Made by a program: the position numbers and the translations under genes. Shown piece after piece: positions 22,646 to 32,860 of a stretch of 64,000 nt of DNA (position 1 is the stretch's first letter; each line of letters begins with the position of its first letter). A model generated the notes under the pieces. It saw nothing but the letters and a program-made list of their open reading frames with translations, did not search any database and was not told where the DNA came from. The DNA comes from an uncultured Nitrospiraceae bacterium (GTDB taxonomy: Bacteria > Nitrospirota > Nitrospiria > Nitrospirales > Nitrospiraceae), in contig CAVPLT010000007.1 in NCBI GenBank assembly GCA_963706325.1, positions 384,001 through 448,000 on the forward strand. The letters run 5' to 3'.

Positions 22646-23428
22646 CTAGAATCGAGCCCCCAGCGATACCAGCGCAATGTTGTACCAGCCAAACGCGTAC
22701 GTGTCGTTATCCACGCCGCCCTCGAACACGCGATAGCCGGCGGAAACATACCAGGCATCGCTGAGGTCGTAGCGGATCTTGGCCGCTGCGTCGATCGCCC
22801 GCCCTTGTGTGCTGACAAGCCCATCGAAATCGATCAAAGCCGTCCAGCGTGGCGCGATCGCATATTCTACGCCGGCGCTGAGCAGCGGCACGAAGCCGAT
22901 ATTGCTGTCGGAGGCCACGCGTCCGGCTTGACGCAATTCCACCTTGGCATCACGAATGAAAGCCGTAGCGCCGATTCGCCACCGCCAACGGTCGGACTCG
23001 TAGAGTAGATATCGGTAGGTCAGTCGATAGCTATCGAACTTATAATCCGAATCGACGGGGCTACCTGGAGTAAACGTCCCGCCGGCAAAGCGCACCGGAG
23101 TGGCGAAACTACCGCTGCCAGAAAAACCAATCGGGGCATAGACGAACCGAAGCGCATGCCGATGGTTCACATTCCATGTCAACTCAACCCGGCGGTGAGC
23201 TTCTGGACCATTGCCTTGTAGGTCCGCCAGATTGAAACGCGTGCCGTCCGCACTATCAGGGATCTGTATTTGGTTGCGGGACTGCCAGATGGCCCCGGTT
23301 TCAAACTCCAATACAAACCGGCGATCCGAAGAACCTTCCCAGGCCCAAGCGGAGCCGCCTGCCATCATTGAGAGCGCCATCAGGCCTATGATCGACAGCG
23401 CCTGAAAGTGGATGCAGCAGCGAGACAG
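22646..23428 (-). CDS. Outer-membrane beta-barrel protein
   Basis: Signal peptide ending AWA, alternating beta-strand pattern, C-terminal Phe (LGARF). GGAGG SD sits 6 nt before an in-frame CTG at 23428; the ORF track starts at ATG 23380. Confidence 0.75.
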   Translation of the reverse strand: MSRCCIHFQALSIIGLMALSMMAGGSAWAWEGSSDRRFVLEFETGAIWQSRNQIQIPDSADGTRFNLADLQGNGPEAHRRVELTWNVNHRHALRFVYAPIGFSGSGSFATPVRFAGGTFTPGSPVDSDYKFDSYRLTYRYLLYESDRWRWRIGATAFIRDAKVELRQAGRVASDSNIGFVPLLSAGVEYAIAPRWTALIDFDGLVSTQGRAIDAAAKIRYDLSDAWYVSAGYRVFEGGVDNDTYAFGWYNIALVSLGARF

Positions 23429-23514
23429 TGTTCACCTCCTCTTTAGCCATGAAGGTTGGCACCGAAAGTCACTTCTGCCACTTGGGCACTTCCCTAGTTG
23501 TCACAATTTTCCCG

Positions 23515-24453
23515 TCAAAATCCTACGGAGTCCTTCACTGGTTTGCGAGGCGGGACTGACCGCTGCGGTATTTTACAGATGGCACTGATGCCGGTGAACC
23601 ACTTGTCTTCATAGCGGTACACCCGGACTCCGGTCATGAGTTGACCGCTGGGACAGTCATGCCACTCGGTCCACCCGGGGCCATACACTCCCGCCTCGTC
23701 CTTGATGCAATTCGAGCGTGTAAATTCGCCTATTTGTCCGTGGAGCTCAACGTCGTCGGTCTCCGCTAGCAGACGGCCACCATGGACCTGCAGACCTTTG
23801 ATCTCCCATGACGTCGATGAATATGCCCCCTGCGGAAGGATGCCGGTATGTCCGCCACAGGCGCGGACGCCGCGCACGAACGTATCGGCAGAGTCGGGCA
23901 GTTGGGCTTGTTTGAAATCGACCAAGGTGGATAAGGGAAATGATCTGCATTTATCGAGTTCGAACTGTGCCAGCTTTCTATTCGCCGATTCAAAGGCTGG
24001 GTCAACCATTCGTCCCCACAGGGTGAGCAGGCAGGGATTATTCCCCTTCTCTTGGATCCCGATGCTGTTGATCGCGTAGTAACCGGCTGGGTTCGGCAAC
24101 GAGACGCCATCACCGACCTCCACCACGTTCGAGCCGGTTCCCGGCGACCCCGTCAGACCCGGACCGCTAGCCGGGAGTCTGATTGAGCCGTCGGTCGGGC
24201 TCGGGACGGGGACGACCATTTGAATCAGCGTGTTTGCCCGTTCATCGATGGAGATGGTGACATTGGATCCAGCCTTTGCCCAGAACCCGTCCACCATGAC
24301 GACGCTTCGCTGGTGGCCGAAGGTCTTCGCGACGCCCGGCTCCACGACTTCGTTGAGGGGTAATTGGAGCTCGCTGTTTTTTGCGGACGTTTCCGTGGAT
24401 GCCGCCATGGCGAGGACGAGAGCCGTGATCATAGTTGTGAGCAGGCCGTTCAT
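23515..24453 (-). CDS. Secreted Cys-rich protein, possible beta-prism (jacalin/VMO-I-like) fold
   Basis: Signal peptide; repeated units YAINSIGI, FVRGVRAC..IKGLQVH, CPSGQLMTGVRVY..FTGISAIC. Confidence 0.6.
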   Translation of the reverse strand: MNGLLTTMITALVLAMAASTETSAKNSELQLPLNEVVEPGVAKTFGHQRSVVMVDGFWAKAGSNVTISIDERANTLIQMVVPVPSPTDGSIRLPASGPGLTGSPGTGSNVVEVGDGVSLPNPAGYYAINSIGIQEKGNNPCLLTLWGRMVDPAFESANRKLAQFELDKCRSFPLSTLVDFKQAQLPDSADTFVRGVRACGGHTGILPQGAYSSTSWEIKGLQVHGGRLLAETDDVELHGQIGEFTRSNCIKDEAGVYGPGWTEWHDCPSGQLMTGVRVYRYEDKWFTGISAICKIPQRSVPPRKPVKDSVGF

Positions 24454-25253
24454 CGTCCGATCCTTTCTCCCTCGCGTGGGCTGAATGGTGATCGGGCGGT
24501 CGTGGGCGTGGGAGGCGCATGCTCCTGCTCCAGTTGCCTCACCTTACTGCTCAAGGCCTCAAGATCATTTTTTTGCTCGATCACATACAGGGTCAGCTCT
24601 TCAATTTTCGCCAGCAAGGTCGATTGCATCCGGCCGAGATCGATACCACGCTCCGCCACGTCGGTCGCGCTGGGGAGGTCCGGCAAATGATGGTTGTCGC
24701 GAATAAACGCTTCGACCTCGGGCAGGCTCTTCAACCGATAGCCCGGCTCGAACACATAGTCGGCCCAATCCTTGATCAATTTGATGCGAACTTCCTCGGC
24801 CAAGACTTTGCCGCCCACCAACAGCGTGTAGTCGTTGGGCCTTGGCATCTCGTTGATGTTGACCACTCCGATGGCGGCGCTTCGATGCACGGCGAAGTCC
24901 AAGTCGGCGGGCAGGATGCCGGCCTTGCTCCTGGCCCCGCCGGCGTAGGCGCGTCTTGTGTCCACCTCAAACTTCGGACTCGTTTCACCCTTGTACATCA
25001 TATTGGCGCTGAACAACCCATCGTCCTGATCGTTTGACGAGGCGAGAGGCCTGGTCACTTCGATCATGGCCCTCGGATCGTCTCTTCGCTGAGGCTCCTC
25101 CCCAACCGCCACGTTGCCTGGCCTCCAAATCGTACCCTTCGGATTCGTTGCGCCGTTCCATTGTTGCGCGTGAGTCACCGTGCTAAGCACAGTCAGTATG
25201 CCGGTGACGAGCGTGCAAATTACGAAGCCCGTGCGGATCATTTTGTCCTCCAT
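24450..25253 (-). CDS. Secreted protein with tail-fibre chaperone-like (S74-related) C-terminus
   Basis: Signal peptide; WADYVF...LPEVEAFI..NHHLP..PSA...LLAKIEELTLYVIEQ followed by a coiled coil. Confidence 0.75.
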   Translation of the reverse strand: MEDKMIRTGFVICTLVTGILTVLSTVTHAQQWNGATNPKGTIWRPGNVAVGEEPQRRDDPRAMIEVTRPLASSNDQDDGLFSANMMYKGETSPKFEVDTRRAYAGGARSKAGILPADLDFAVHRSAAIGVVNINEMPRPNDYTLLVGGKVLAEEVRIKLIKDWADYVFEPGYRLKSLPEVEAFIRDNHHLPDLPSATDVAERGIDLGRMQSTLLAKIEELTLYVIEQKNDLEALSSKVRQLEQEHAPPTPTTARSPFSPREGERIGR

Positions 25254-25380
25254 GTGTGAAAGATTCGATCACGGCGCATTGTACGGCTGATTCGTCGGGG
25301 CGGATGGTCGATTCCTTGTCCATCGAAATCATTCGAGCCTAGACGTACGTGTTGCACCAGCCTGCCTTGTCACTACGTAA

Positions 25381-25395
25381 GCAAGGAATCTGCCG
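25381..25395 (-). promoter_or_regulatory. Sigma-54 promoter for the 25253-22646 genes
   Basis: Minus strand CGGCAGATTCCTTGC(T), GG-N10-GC. Confidence 0.6.
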
Positions 25396-25470
25396 TGACG
25401 AGCGATCTGTTCAGATCTCAATACGGGAGCCACAAACATCGGGAGCATTGCGGCCTGTGCGGGTGCGGCT

Positions 25471-25488
25471 TGTATCCCTTTCGATACC
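25471..25488. promoter_or_regulatory. Enhancer-like palindrome GTATC-N6-GATAC
   Basis: TGTATC CCTTTC GATACC; same motif at 55881-55898. Confidence 0.45.
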
Positions 25489-25692
25489 CCATTTACCGAC
25501 GAGATACATCGCGTGAATTAGCTGAGCGATATGGTGTATTTTGGAACAGGTGCTGAAGCGTGCATGCATCTAACTGGGTTTCCGGTCGCTCGCCGCGATA
25601 GGATAGTATCCGTTTCTTTACCATGGACCCGAGATTGATGAGCGTGGCAAGGTTGACGATTGGATCACCGAATGATTGATGGAGGAACGCAT

Positions 25693-26487
25693 ATGCAGTC
25701 GTTGCGCGTCGTGATGGTGTTGTCGGCTTGGTGTTGGTTTGCCTCGGTGGCGGATGCGGAGGTACGCACCCGCGAGGTCGAGTATACACAGGGTGAGACG
25801 GTGTTACAGGGGCTCATCGCGTGGGATGATGCCGTGCAGGGCCGTCGGCCTGGTGTCCTCGTGGTTCACGAGTGGTGGGGGCATAACGACCATGCGCGTG
25901 CTCAGGCGAAACGTCTCGCTGCGGCTGGGTACGTCGGCTTTGCGCTGGATATGTTCGGGAAGGGCAAGGTAACGACCCATCCGAAGGAGGCTCAGGCGTT
26001 CATGGCCGAAGCTAAAAAAGATCCGGTCGTGCTCACGGCGCGTTTTCGCGCAGCGTTGGAGCAGCTCAAGCAAGATTCGCATGTGGATGGAGAACAGATC
26101 GCCGCAATCGGGTACTGCTTTGGCGGTTCTGTGGTGTTGGATCAGGCACGGTCGGGTTCCGATCTGGATGGAGTGGTCAGTTTCCACGGCATGCTTGCTA
26201 CGAAGACTCCCGCGGAACTGGGGAAGGTAAGAGCGAAAATCCTGGTGCTCACCGGAGCGGTCGATCCATTTGTCCCGGCGGAGCAGGTGGAAGCGTTCAC
26301 GCAAGAAATGAAGGCGGCCGATGCGAAATTCCAGGTGGTGACATTTTTAAATGCCAAACATGGATTCACCAATCCGGATGCGGGCAAGGCGGGGTTAGAT
26401 GCGCTGGAGTACAACGCGGAGGTCGATAATAAGTCATGGGTAGCGATGCTGGGGTTCTTTAAGGAAGTCTTTCCGGCGTTTCATTGA
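25693..26487 (+). CDS. Dienelactone hydrolase family protein (exported)
   Basis: Signal peptide; HEWWG, GYCFGG, SFHG, HGFTNP. Confidence 0.9.
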   Translation: MQSLRVVMVLSAWCWFASVADAEVRTREVEYTQGETVLQGLIAWDDAVQGRRPGVLVVHEWWGHNDHARAQAKRLAAAGYVGFALDMFGKGKVTTHPKEAQAFMAEAKKDPVVLTARFRAALEQLKQDSHVDGEQIAAIGYCFGGSVVLDQARSGSDLDGVVSFHGMLATKTPAELGKVRAKILVLTGAVDPFVPAEQVEAFTQEMKAADAKFQVVTFLNAKHGFTNPDAGKAGLDALEYNAEVDNKSWVAMLGFFKEVFPAFH

Positions 26488-26504
26488 CCTGTATCGTCTG
26501 GAGG

Positions 26505-26576
26505 TATCTGGCGAGCCCAGGGGCGAGCTTCATCACCGGCGCCAGCTTAGCCATCGACGGCGGCTATGCCGCCTGA
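26505..26576 (+). pseudogene. C-terminal remnant of an SDR oxidoreductase
   Basis: Translates as YLASPGASFITGASLAIDGGYAA*. Confidence 0.65.
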
Positions 26577-26643
26577 TCAGGCTAGCTTCCACGCAGATGC
26601 TCTTCTCCCTTGCACCGGCAATCCAGCTTGAGAGAATCGATCG

Positions 26644-27897
26644 ATGTCCGAGAACTCCCTCTCACCATCGCCTGAAGTTGTGGAGCAGGTCTATCGATCT
26701 GAGTCCCGCCAAGTGCTCGCCACCTTGATCCGCCTGCTGGGAGATTTTGATACCGCAGAGGAAGCATTGCACGATGCCTTTGCCGTGGCGGTCGAACAAT
26801 GGCCGCGCGATGGCATGCCTGCCAACCCCCGCGCGTGGCTCGTGTCCACCGGCCGGTTCAAGGCCATTGATGGTATGCGGCGGCGCGCGCGATTCAATGC
26901 ATCACTGGCGGAACTCGCCCGGCAACTGGAAACCAGCGCGAACGACGCGGAAGAACAAGCCGACGAGACCGTCGAGGACGACCGGTTGAGGCTGGTGTTT
27001 ACATGCTGCCATCCGACCCTGGCGCCCGAGGCCCAGGTGGCAATGACCTTGCGAGAGGTCTGTGGACTCACCACTGATGAAATCGCGCGAGCCTTCCTCA
27101 CCAAACCGCCTACGATCGCGCAACGCATCGTGCGCGCCAAGGCCAAGATTCGCGATGCAGGCATTCCTTACGAGGTGCCGGCTGAAGCGGAATTACCGGA
27201 TCGCCTCGATGCCGTCCTGCGGGTCGTCTACCTGGTCTTCAATGAGGGATACTCCGCGTCATCCGGCGAATCGCTGACCAGGCATGATCTATCGGGCGAA
27301 GCCATCCGCCTTGGACGATTACTCATGCATCTGCTCCCTGACCCCGAGGCTCTAGGCCTGGTAGCCCTCATGCTGTTGCATGATTCCCGGCGCGCCGCGC
27401 GCACGTCCTCAACGGGAGACCTCATTCTTATGGAAGATCAGGACCGGACGCTCTGGAACCGTGAGCAGATAGCCGAAGGCGCGGCGCTTGTGAAACGAGC
27501 ATTAGCGTCGCAACCGGTTGGACCGTATACGATTCAGGCGGCGATTGCGTCGGTGCATGCCCAGGCGCCTAGCTCTGCCGCGACGGAGTGGAGTCAAATT
27601 GTGGGTCTGTATGACCTACTGATGCAGGCTACGCCATCGCCAGTCATCGGGTTAAACCGTGCCGCAGCCGTCGCCATGCGTGACGGTCCGTCGGCTGGAC
27701 TCGCCCTCATCGATGCCATCCTCGATGGGGGTGACTTGACGACGTATCATCTCGCGCATGCCGCGCGCGCCGATCTCTGCCGGAGGTTGCGGCGTAACGG
27801 CGAAGCCCGCTCTTCCTACGAACGGGCTTTGAGCCTCACGCAACAAGAGCCGGAGCGGAGATTTTTGAGAAGGAGGTTGGCAGACCTGAAAGAGTGA
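26644..27897 (+). CDS. ECF42-type sigma factor with DUF6596/TPR C-terminal extension
   Basis: 417 aa; [57 protein letters not shown] genes nearby. Confidence 0.9.
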   Translation: MSENSLSPSPEVVEQVYRSESRQVLATLIRLLGDFDTAEEALHDAFAVAVEQWPRDGMPANPRAWLVSTGRFKAIDGMRRRARFNASLAELARQLETSANDAEEQADETVEDDRLRLVFTCCHPTLAPEAQVAMTLREVCGLTTDEIARAFLTKPPTIAQRIVRAKAKIRDAGIPYEVPAEAELPDRLDAVLRVVYLVFNEGYSASSGESLTRHDLSGEAIRLGRLLMHLLPDPEALGLVALMLLHDSRRAARTSSTGDLILMEDQDRTLWNREQIAEGAALVKRALASQPVGPYTIQAAIASVHAQAPSSAATEWSQIVGLYDLLMQATPSPVIGLNRAAAVAMRDGPSAGLALIDAILDGGDLTTYHLAHAARADLCRRLRRNGEARSSYERALSLTQQEPERRFLRRRLADLKE

Positions 27898-28351
27898 TGG
27901 GGTGACGCTTGTGGAGACAGGCTATTTTTAGTGGTGAGCAGGCGAAGCGGCCTTGAGGCATGGTCGTTTGAATGATGTGTCTAGTCCTTAGCGCTGGCAT
28001 GTCTGCGGTTGTTGGGAATTCCGGCTGCATTCACGCAGAACCCTGAGCATAAATCTTCTCCCTCTATCTGGTCAGTCGTCAGCGGGTTTTCGATAGTATT
28101 CATGCATGGACGGATGATGAGGTCGTCGCATCTGTTCTGGCCGAAGATGCGCACCCTCAAACCCCTCCTCGAAGAATCGGAGCAATTCCTGCGGGTGATG
28201 ATCGAGACGACCGCCTATTAGCCGTGTCAATAGCTTTCTAGAAGATGTCGCCAGTAAACGAATCGCATTCAACTCGACGACATCCTGAATCACACACAGA
28301 TGAGCCGACGTCTCATCCATTCCCGAGGCATGGCGGAATCGCGTCTAGCCA

Positions 28352-28741
28352 TCAGCATTGAATATTCAGGGCCGGGTCGCAGAAGAGCGGCCCGACTGTC
28401 GGGGGTCGCATGTAGCCGGCGCTGGGATCTCGCGCACCCACCGGAGCGTTTATCGGTGGGCCTCCTTGCATGCCAGGTAGACCACGGCCTGCACTAGTAA
28501 AGGGGGCCGGAGTCGCCCGTACGCCGGGATTTGGTGCCAGTTGCGAAGTAGTGGAGGGAGTCAACACATTCGCCGGCAGCCCGCTTGTCGGTGCAGAGGA
28601 TGGTTGGATGGGGGAAATGGAACCGGGAGATTGAGCCTGTGGCTGAAGCGTGCCGGGCACGGTCTGAGAGAATACGGTTGGGCTGAATGTAAGTTGGCTG
28701 ACGCATCCATACAACAGCAGGATGAGGAATCGGACCCACAT
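28352..28741 (-). CDS. Exported Pro/Ser-rich hypothetical protein
   Basis: AGGAAG SD, signal-like N-terminus, C-terminal LFCDPALNIQC. Confidence 0.6.
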   Translation of the reverse strand: MWVRFLILLLYGCVSQLTFSPTVFSQTVPGTLQPQAQSPGSISPIQPSSAPTSGLPANVLTPSTTSQLAPNPGVRATPAPFTSAGRGLPGMQGGPPINAPVGARDPSAGYMRPPTVGPLFCDPALNIQC

Positions 28742-28859
28742 ACTTCCTGTATCTCAGGGTTGAGAGCCGTTTACAGCTAGGATTTCCCCTCGTCCAGGGG
28801 GGCTTTTGATTCCGCCAGGGTGTGACTGTGGAATGCGGCCTCGTCATCCTACTGGCGGG

Positions 28860-29648
28860 TCAGATGATGGTGCGCACAAGCCCGCCCTCGGCGCGGATGC
28901 AGGACCCGTTGATGACCGAAGCACGCGCGCTGCACATGAAGGCGACGATGTCTCCGATTTCCCGTGGGTCGATGAGGCGGCCGATGAGTGACGACGGGCG
29001 ATTCTCCGCGATGAATCGACGTTCAGCCTCTGTCTGAGCAAGACCGGGAAAGACATCCTGAATGAACTTCTCCACGCCTTCCGTACGCGTGGGACCTGGG
29101 AGGACGGAGTTCACCGTCACCTTTGTGCCTTTGGTGAGTTCGGCGAGAGATCGAGCGATTCCCAACTGCATCGTTTTGGTGGCGCTGTAGTGAGCCATCT
29201 CCGGCGCGGGGGAAACCCCCGATTCGCTCGAAATGAACACAATCCGCCCATGACCCCGTTTCAGCATTCCTTTGAGATAATGTCGAGCCAGACGCACGCC
29301 GCTCATGATATTAATTTCGAACATCTTCTGCCAGGCTTCATCCGTTTCATCAAAAAATCCGATGGCTTCGTAGATGCCGAGGTTATTCACTAAAATATCA
29401 ACAGCGGGCCACATCGAGACGGTCTTCTCACATCCTGTGGCATTTCCGTTATCGGACGCCAATTCCTCTAGAGCGGCGCCGGGCAAGTCCCGGCGGAGTT
29501 CGGCCAATGCGTGGTTGACGCTGTCTTGCGTGCGGCCATTGATGATGACTTTTGCGCCCTCGGCAGCCAGCGAGCGGGCGATAGCCAGCCCAATGCCACC
29601 GGAGGAAGCGGTCACCAATGCGGTCTTGCCACTCAAGTCCAAGTTCAT
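28860..29648 (-). CDS. SDR family oxidoreductase
   Basis: [24 protein letters not shown]. Confidence 0.92.
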   Translation of the reverse strand: MNLDLSGKTALVTASSGGIGLAIARSLAAEGAKVIINGRTQDSVNHALAELRRDLPGAALEELASDNGNATGCEKTVSMWPAVDILVNNLGIYEAIGFFDETDEAWQKMFEINIMSGVRLARHYLKGMLKRGHGRIVFISSESGVSPAPEMAHYSATKTMQLGIARSLAELTKGTKVTVNSVLPGPTRTEGVEKFIQDVFPGLAQTEAERRFIAENRPSSLIGRLIDPREIGDIVAFMCSARASVINGSCIRAEGGLVRTII

Positions 29649-30036
29649 GAAGCGAGGCTCCTCACCTTGAATGGTTCGTCTGTATACGAGGGGCTCAACA
29701 GTGCCAAAACCTATGCTGCGCTTCAGTTAAGTTGGTTGCAAGAGGCCTTAGGGGCCATGCGGAGTTGTGGGTCTCAGCCAGGGCCTCTGCCAGAGACTGT
29801 GGTGAAGGGCACAAGTCTATAGGCCCCCACGAGCTGGCCTTGAGCCAGATGGAGCGAGAAACCGAAGCGAAGATTTGGGCAGGCCCGAATTATCCGGCAA
29901 GGCTTCCGGATGCAGGCGGTTAGTTGGCGTCTCCCACATCTCGCCCCTCCACATTTGGCACATTGCTGATTTCTGTGCGAAAAATCAGTTACTTGTACCC
30001 CCTTGTCAATTTCCCCATTCGGAAGAATGAAGCCAA

Positions 30037-30063
30037 TGTCGATTTTGCCCGAGTCCGACGACT
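30037..30063 (+). promoter_or_regulatory. ECF42-type promoter 1
   Basis: TGTCGA-N16-CGACT, ending 37 nt before the VOC gene start. Confidence 0.75.
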
Positions 30064-30100
30064 ATCTTCTGTCAGTAGGAACTTGAGGAGGGAGGATGTC

Positions 30101-30511
30101 ATGGCAACGGGGATTAAAAAGAGAGCAGTTAAGAAACCACAGGCGGCCAGTATCGTCTGGTTTGAGGTGCCTGCCGACGATCTCGGCCGGGCGAAGACAT
30201 TTTATGGCTCGTTGTTCGGCTGGAGTTTCGCAAAAATTCCTGCCGCTATCGACGACTATTGGCACATTGACACCGGTGGCAAAGATGCGACGCCTGACGG
30301 CGGGTTGATGCCGCGCATGCATCCGAAACAATCCATCACCAACTACGTCGGCGTGCCGTCGGTGACTGTTGCGATGAAGAAGGTCGATAAACTCGGCGGA
30401 ACGGTGTGCACGTCAAAGACGGCGGTGCCGCGCATGGGTTATTTCGCAATCTGTCAGGACACGGAGGGCAATACGTTTGCCTTGTGGGAGATGAACGAGC
30501 GCGCCAAGTGA
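30101..30511 (+). CDS. VOC family protein
   Basis: IVWFEV, FYGSLFGW, GYFAICQDTEGNTFALWE; GGAGG SD. Confidence 0.9.
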   Translation: MATGIKKRAVKKPQAASIVWFEVPADDLGRAKTFYGSLFGWSFAKIPAAIDDYWHIDTGGKDATPDGGLMPRMHPKQSITNYVGVPSVTVAMKKVDKLGGTVCTSKTAVPRMGYFAICQDTEGNTFALWEMNERAK

Positions 30512-30542
30512 GGCTGCTGCAGAAGGAGAGAGGGGAGTTGCC

Positions 30543-30899
30543 ATGAAATATCTCTGCCTGGTGTATGTGGAAGAAAAGACGTTGAATGCTCTGTCCCGTG
30601 ATGAGCGGGTCGCATTGTCGGATCAGTCCATAAGCTACTGTGATGAATTGCAGAAAAACGGCCAACTCCTTGGCGCCTCGCCTCTTCATCCGGTAGAGAC
30701 CGCGACGACTGTGCGGGTGCGTGGTGGACAAGTCTCGATGACCGACGGGCCTTTCGCAGAAACGAAGGAACAGTTGGGCGGGTACCTATTGATCGATGTC
30801 CGAGACCTCAATGACGCCGTCCGGATCGCCTCGAAGTTTCCCGCCGCTCAGTACGGCAGTGTCGAAGTGCGGCCGCTTAAAGAGGGCGGTTGTGCCTGA
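30543..30899 (+). CDS. YciI/DGPF family protein
   Basis: DGPFAETKEQLGGY, VEVRP. Confidence 0.92.
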   Translation: MKYLCLVYVEEKTLNALSRDERVALSDQSISYCDELQKNGQLLGASPLHPVETATTVRVRGGQVSMTDGPFAETKEQLGGYLLIDVRDLNDAVRIASKFPAAQYGSVEVRPLKEGGCA

Positions 30900-30949
30900 T
30901 GGTCAGTGTATAGAGGCAATGCATTGACGACCCTTGAAGGAGGCGCGGC

Positions 30950-31312
30950 ATGAAATTCATATTGCTGGTTCATCACGACGAGTCGGCATTCGAGCAGATG
31001 AGTGAGGAGGCACAGGGTGGATTACTGGCGGAGTCGCTCCGGCTCTGTCACCAATTGGATGCGAAGGGGGAGTATCTGCATGCCTCTCCGGTTCATCCTG
31101 CTGCAACAGCGACCCTTGTGCGGATGCGAGAGGGCAAGGCGATCGTGACCGATGGCCCGTTCATTGAAACGCGAGAGCAAATGGCGGGCTATTTTCTGAT
31201 CGAAGCGAAGGATCTCGAGGAAGCCACCGCCATCGCTACCCAGGTTCCGGGGGCACGCATCGGAACCGTCGAGGTTCGGCCGTTAATCGAAGTCATCGGC
31301 CTGCCGGAATAA
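30950..31312 (+). CDS. YciI/DGPF family protein
   Basis: DGPFIETREQMAGY, VEVRP. Confidence 0.92.
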   Translation: MKFILLVHHDESAFEQMSEEAQGGLLAESLRLCHQLDAKGEYLHASPVHPAATATLVRMREGKAIVTDGPFIETREQMAGYFLIEAKDLEEATAIATQVPGARIGTVEVRPLIEVIGLPE

Positions 31313-31324
31313 GCACTCTATCCA

Positions 31325-31351
31325 TGTCGATTCGAGGCTTCTCGTTCGACT
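31325..31351 (+). promoter_or_regulatory. ECF42-type promoter 2
   Basis: TGTCGA-N16-CGACT. Confidence 0.7.
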
Positions 31352-31486
31352 AACCGAGAGAGCCGTGCATACAACACGTCTCACGAAGGACAGACTGTGC
31401 ACATCATCAGCCTTTTCTGTGGTTCGACGACCAGGCCAAGAGGCAGCCAAATCTTATGTGTCAATTTTTGTCGCCTGTCCAGCGCC

Positions 31487-31513
31487 TGTCGAATTCGGAG
31501 CCATCGTGCGACT
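31487..31513 (+). promoter_or_regulatory. ECF42-type promoter 3
   Basis: TGTCGA-N16-CGACT upstream of the second VOC gene. Confidence 0.72.
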
Positions 31514-31580
31514 AATAGGCAGTGGACGGATCGAGCCCTTGCGAGAGGAGATCACCAATTGAAGCTTGAAAGGAGACGTT

Positions 31581-31982
31581 GTGGCCACCAAGATCTTCGT
31601 CAATTTGCCGGTCAATGATCTGCAAAAATCTATCGAGTTTTTCACTAAACTCGGCTTCACGTTCAATCCGCAGTTCACCGACGCCACGGGCACCTGCATG
31701 GTGGTGTCAGAGGACATTTTCGTGATGTTGCTCACAGAGGCGAAGTTTAAGACGTTCACGCCCAAAGCAATCTGTGATGCGACGAAGAACACGGAAGTAC
31801 TCGTCTGTCTGTCGCGCGAAAGCCGGGTCGACGTGGATGCGATGGTGCGCGATGCCATTCGCGCCGGTGGGACGACTTACAATCAACCGCAAGATCACGG
31901 GTTCATGTATGCGCACGGATTTCAAGATCTCGATGGGCACATTTGGGAATTGATCTTCATGGAGCCGGGCGCGGTCCAGTAA
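31581..31982 (+). CDS. VOC family protein
   Basis: KIFVNLPV, FNPQFTD, DHGFMY..FQDLDGHIWE; AAGGAG SD with GTG start. Confidence 0.9.
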   Translation: MATKIFVNLPVNDLQKSIEFFTKLGFTFNPQFTDATGTCMVVSEDIFVMLLTEAKFKTFTPKAICDATKNTEVLVCLSRESRVDVDAMVRDAIRAGGTTYNQPQDHGFMYAHGFQDLDGHIWELIFMEPGAVQ

Positions 31983-32068
31983 GATTCACAAGCCGGGGCA
32001 AGCTCGGATTTCGTCGCCTGTTACACGTGTTCAGCATGCAGTCATATCTTATCTACAAGGAGGTCCAT

Positions 32069-32662
32069 ATGCCATATCGCACGATGATCACTACCTGTTT
32101 GTGCCTGGTTCTAGCCACCGTTCCGGTCCTTGCCAAGGACAAGAAGCCGACTGAGGCGGAGATGCAGGCGATGATGGAGACGTACAAGAAACTGGCGATG
32201 CCCGGCGAGCCGCACAAGCAACTGGCCGCTTTGGCCGGCAGCTGGACCACACAGACTAAATCGTGGATGGACCCGAACAAGCCCCCGATGGAATCCGCCG
32301 GCACAGCTGAGATGAAGATGCTGCTGGACGGGCGTTTTCTCCAGCAGGAGTTCACCGGCGAGATGATGGGCCAACCCTTCTCCGGGATCGGGATCGATGG
32401 ATATGACAATCTTCGCAAAAAATATGTCACGACCTGGATCGACACCATGGGCACTGGGATCTTTTCGATGGAAGGCACGGCGAGCGCGGATGGCAAGACT
32501 ATTACGCTGAAAGGTCAGCATGCGGAGGCAGGCGGCGGGCACATGACCCATCGCGCCGTCTGGAAGATTCTAGACCATAACACTCACACCTTTGTGATGT
32601 ATGGTGCTCATGCAGGGGGGAAAGAAATGAAGATGATGGAGATTACCTACACACGGAAATAA
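32069..32662 (+). CDS. DUF1579 family exported protein
   Basis: Signal peptide; PGEPHKQL..LAGSW, GRFL, GYDN, WIDTMGT, MEITYTR. Confidence 0.82.
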   Translation: MPYRTMITTCLCLVLATVPVLAKDKKPTEAEMQAMMETYKKLAMPGEPHKQLAALAGSWTTQTKSWMDPNKPPMESAGTAEMKMLLDGRFLQQEFTGEMMGQPFSGIGIDGYDNLRKKYVTTWIDTMGTGIFSMEGTASADGKTITLKGQHAEAGGGHMTHRAVWKILDHNTHTFVMYGAHAGGKEMKMMEITYTRK

Positions 32663-32860
32663 GATCGCGTATGGTCAGGCCCAAGGCGCCGGCTGTTGGC
32701 CTTAAGCTCGGCCGGGCCTAGTTTCGCCGGCCCTAAGTCGACTCCGAAGACGGGGACGATTGGCGAGGTACCGGTCGATGTAATACGGGCTTGAGACATG
32801 CAAGCGGCGCACAATCGTTTCGTTGCACGATGATCACGCACCATTCAAACGGAGAAAAGC

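Noticed and set aside
32736..32761. ECF42 promoter upstream of the propeller gene
   Set aside because: AGTCGA-N15-CGATT has mismatches in both boxes and the wrong spacing; too weak to call.
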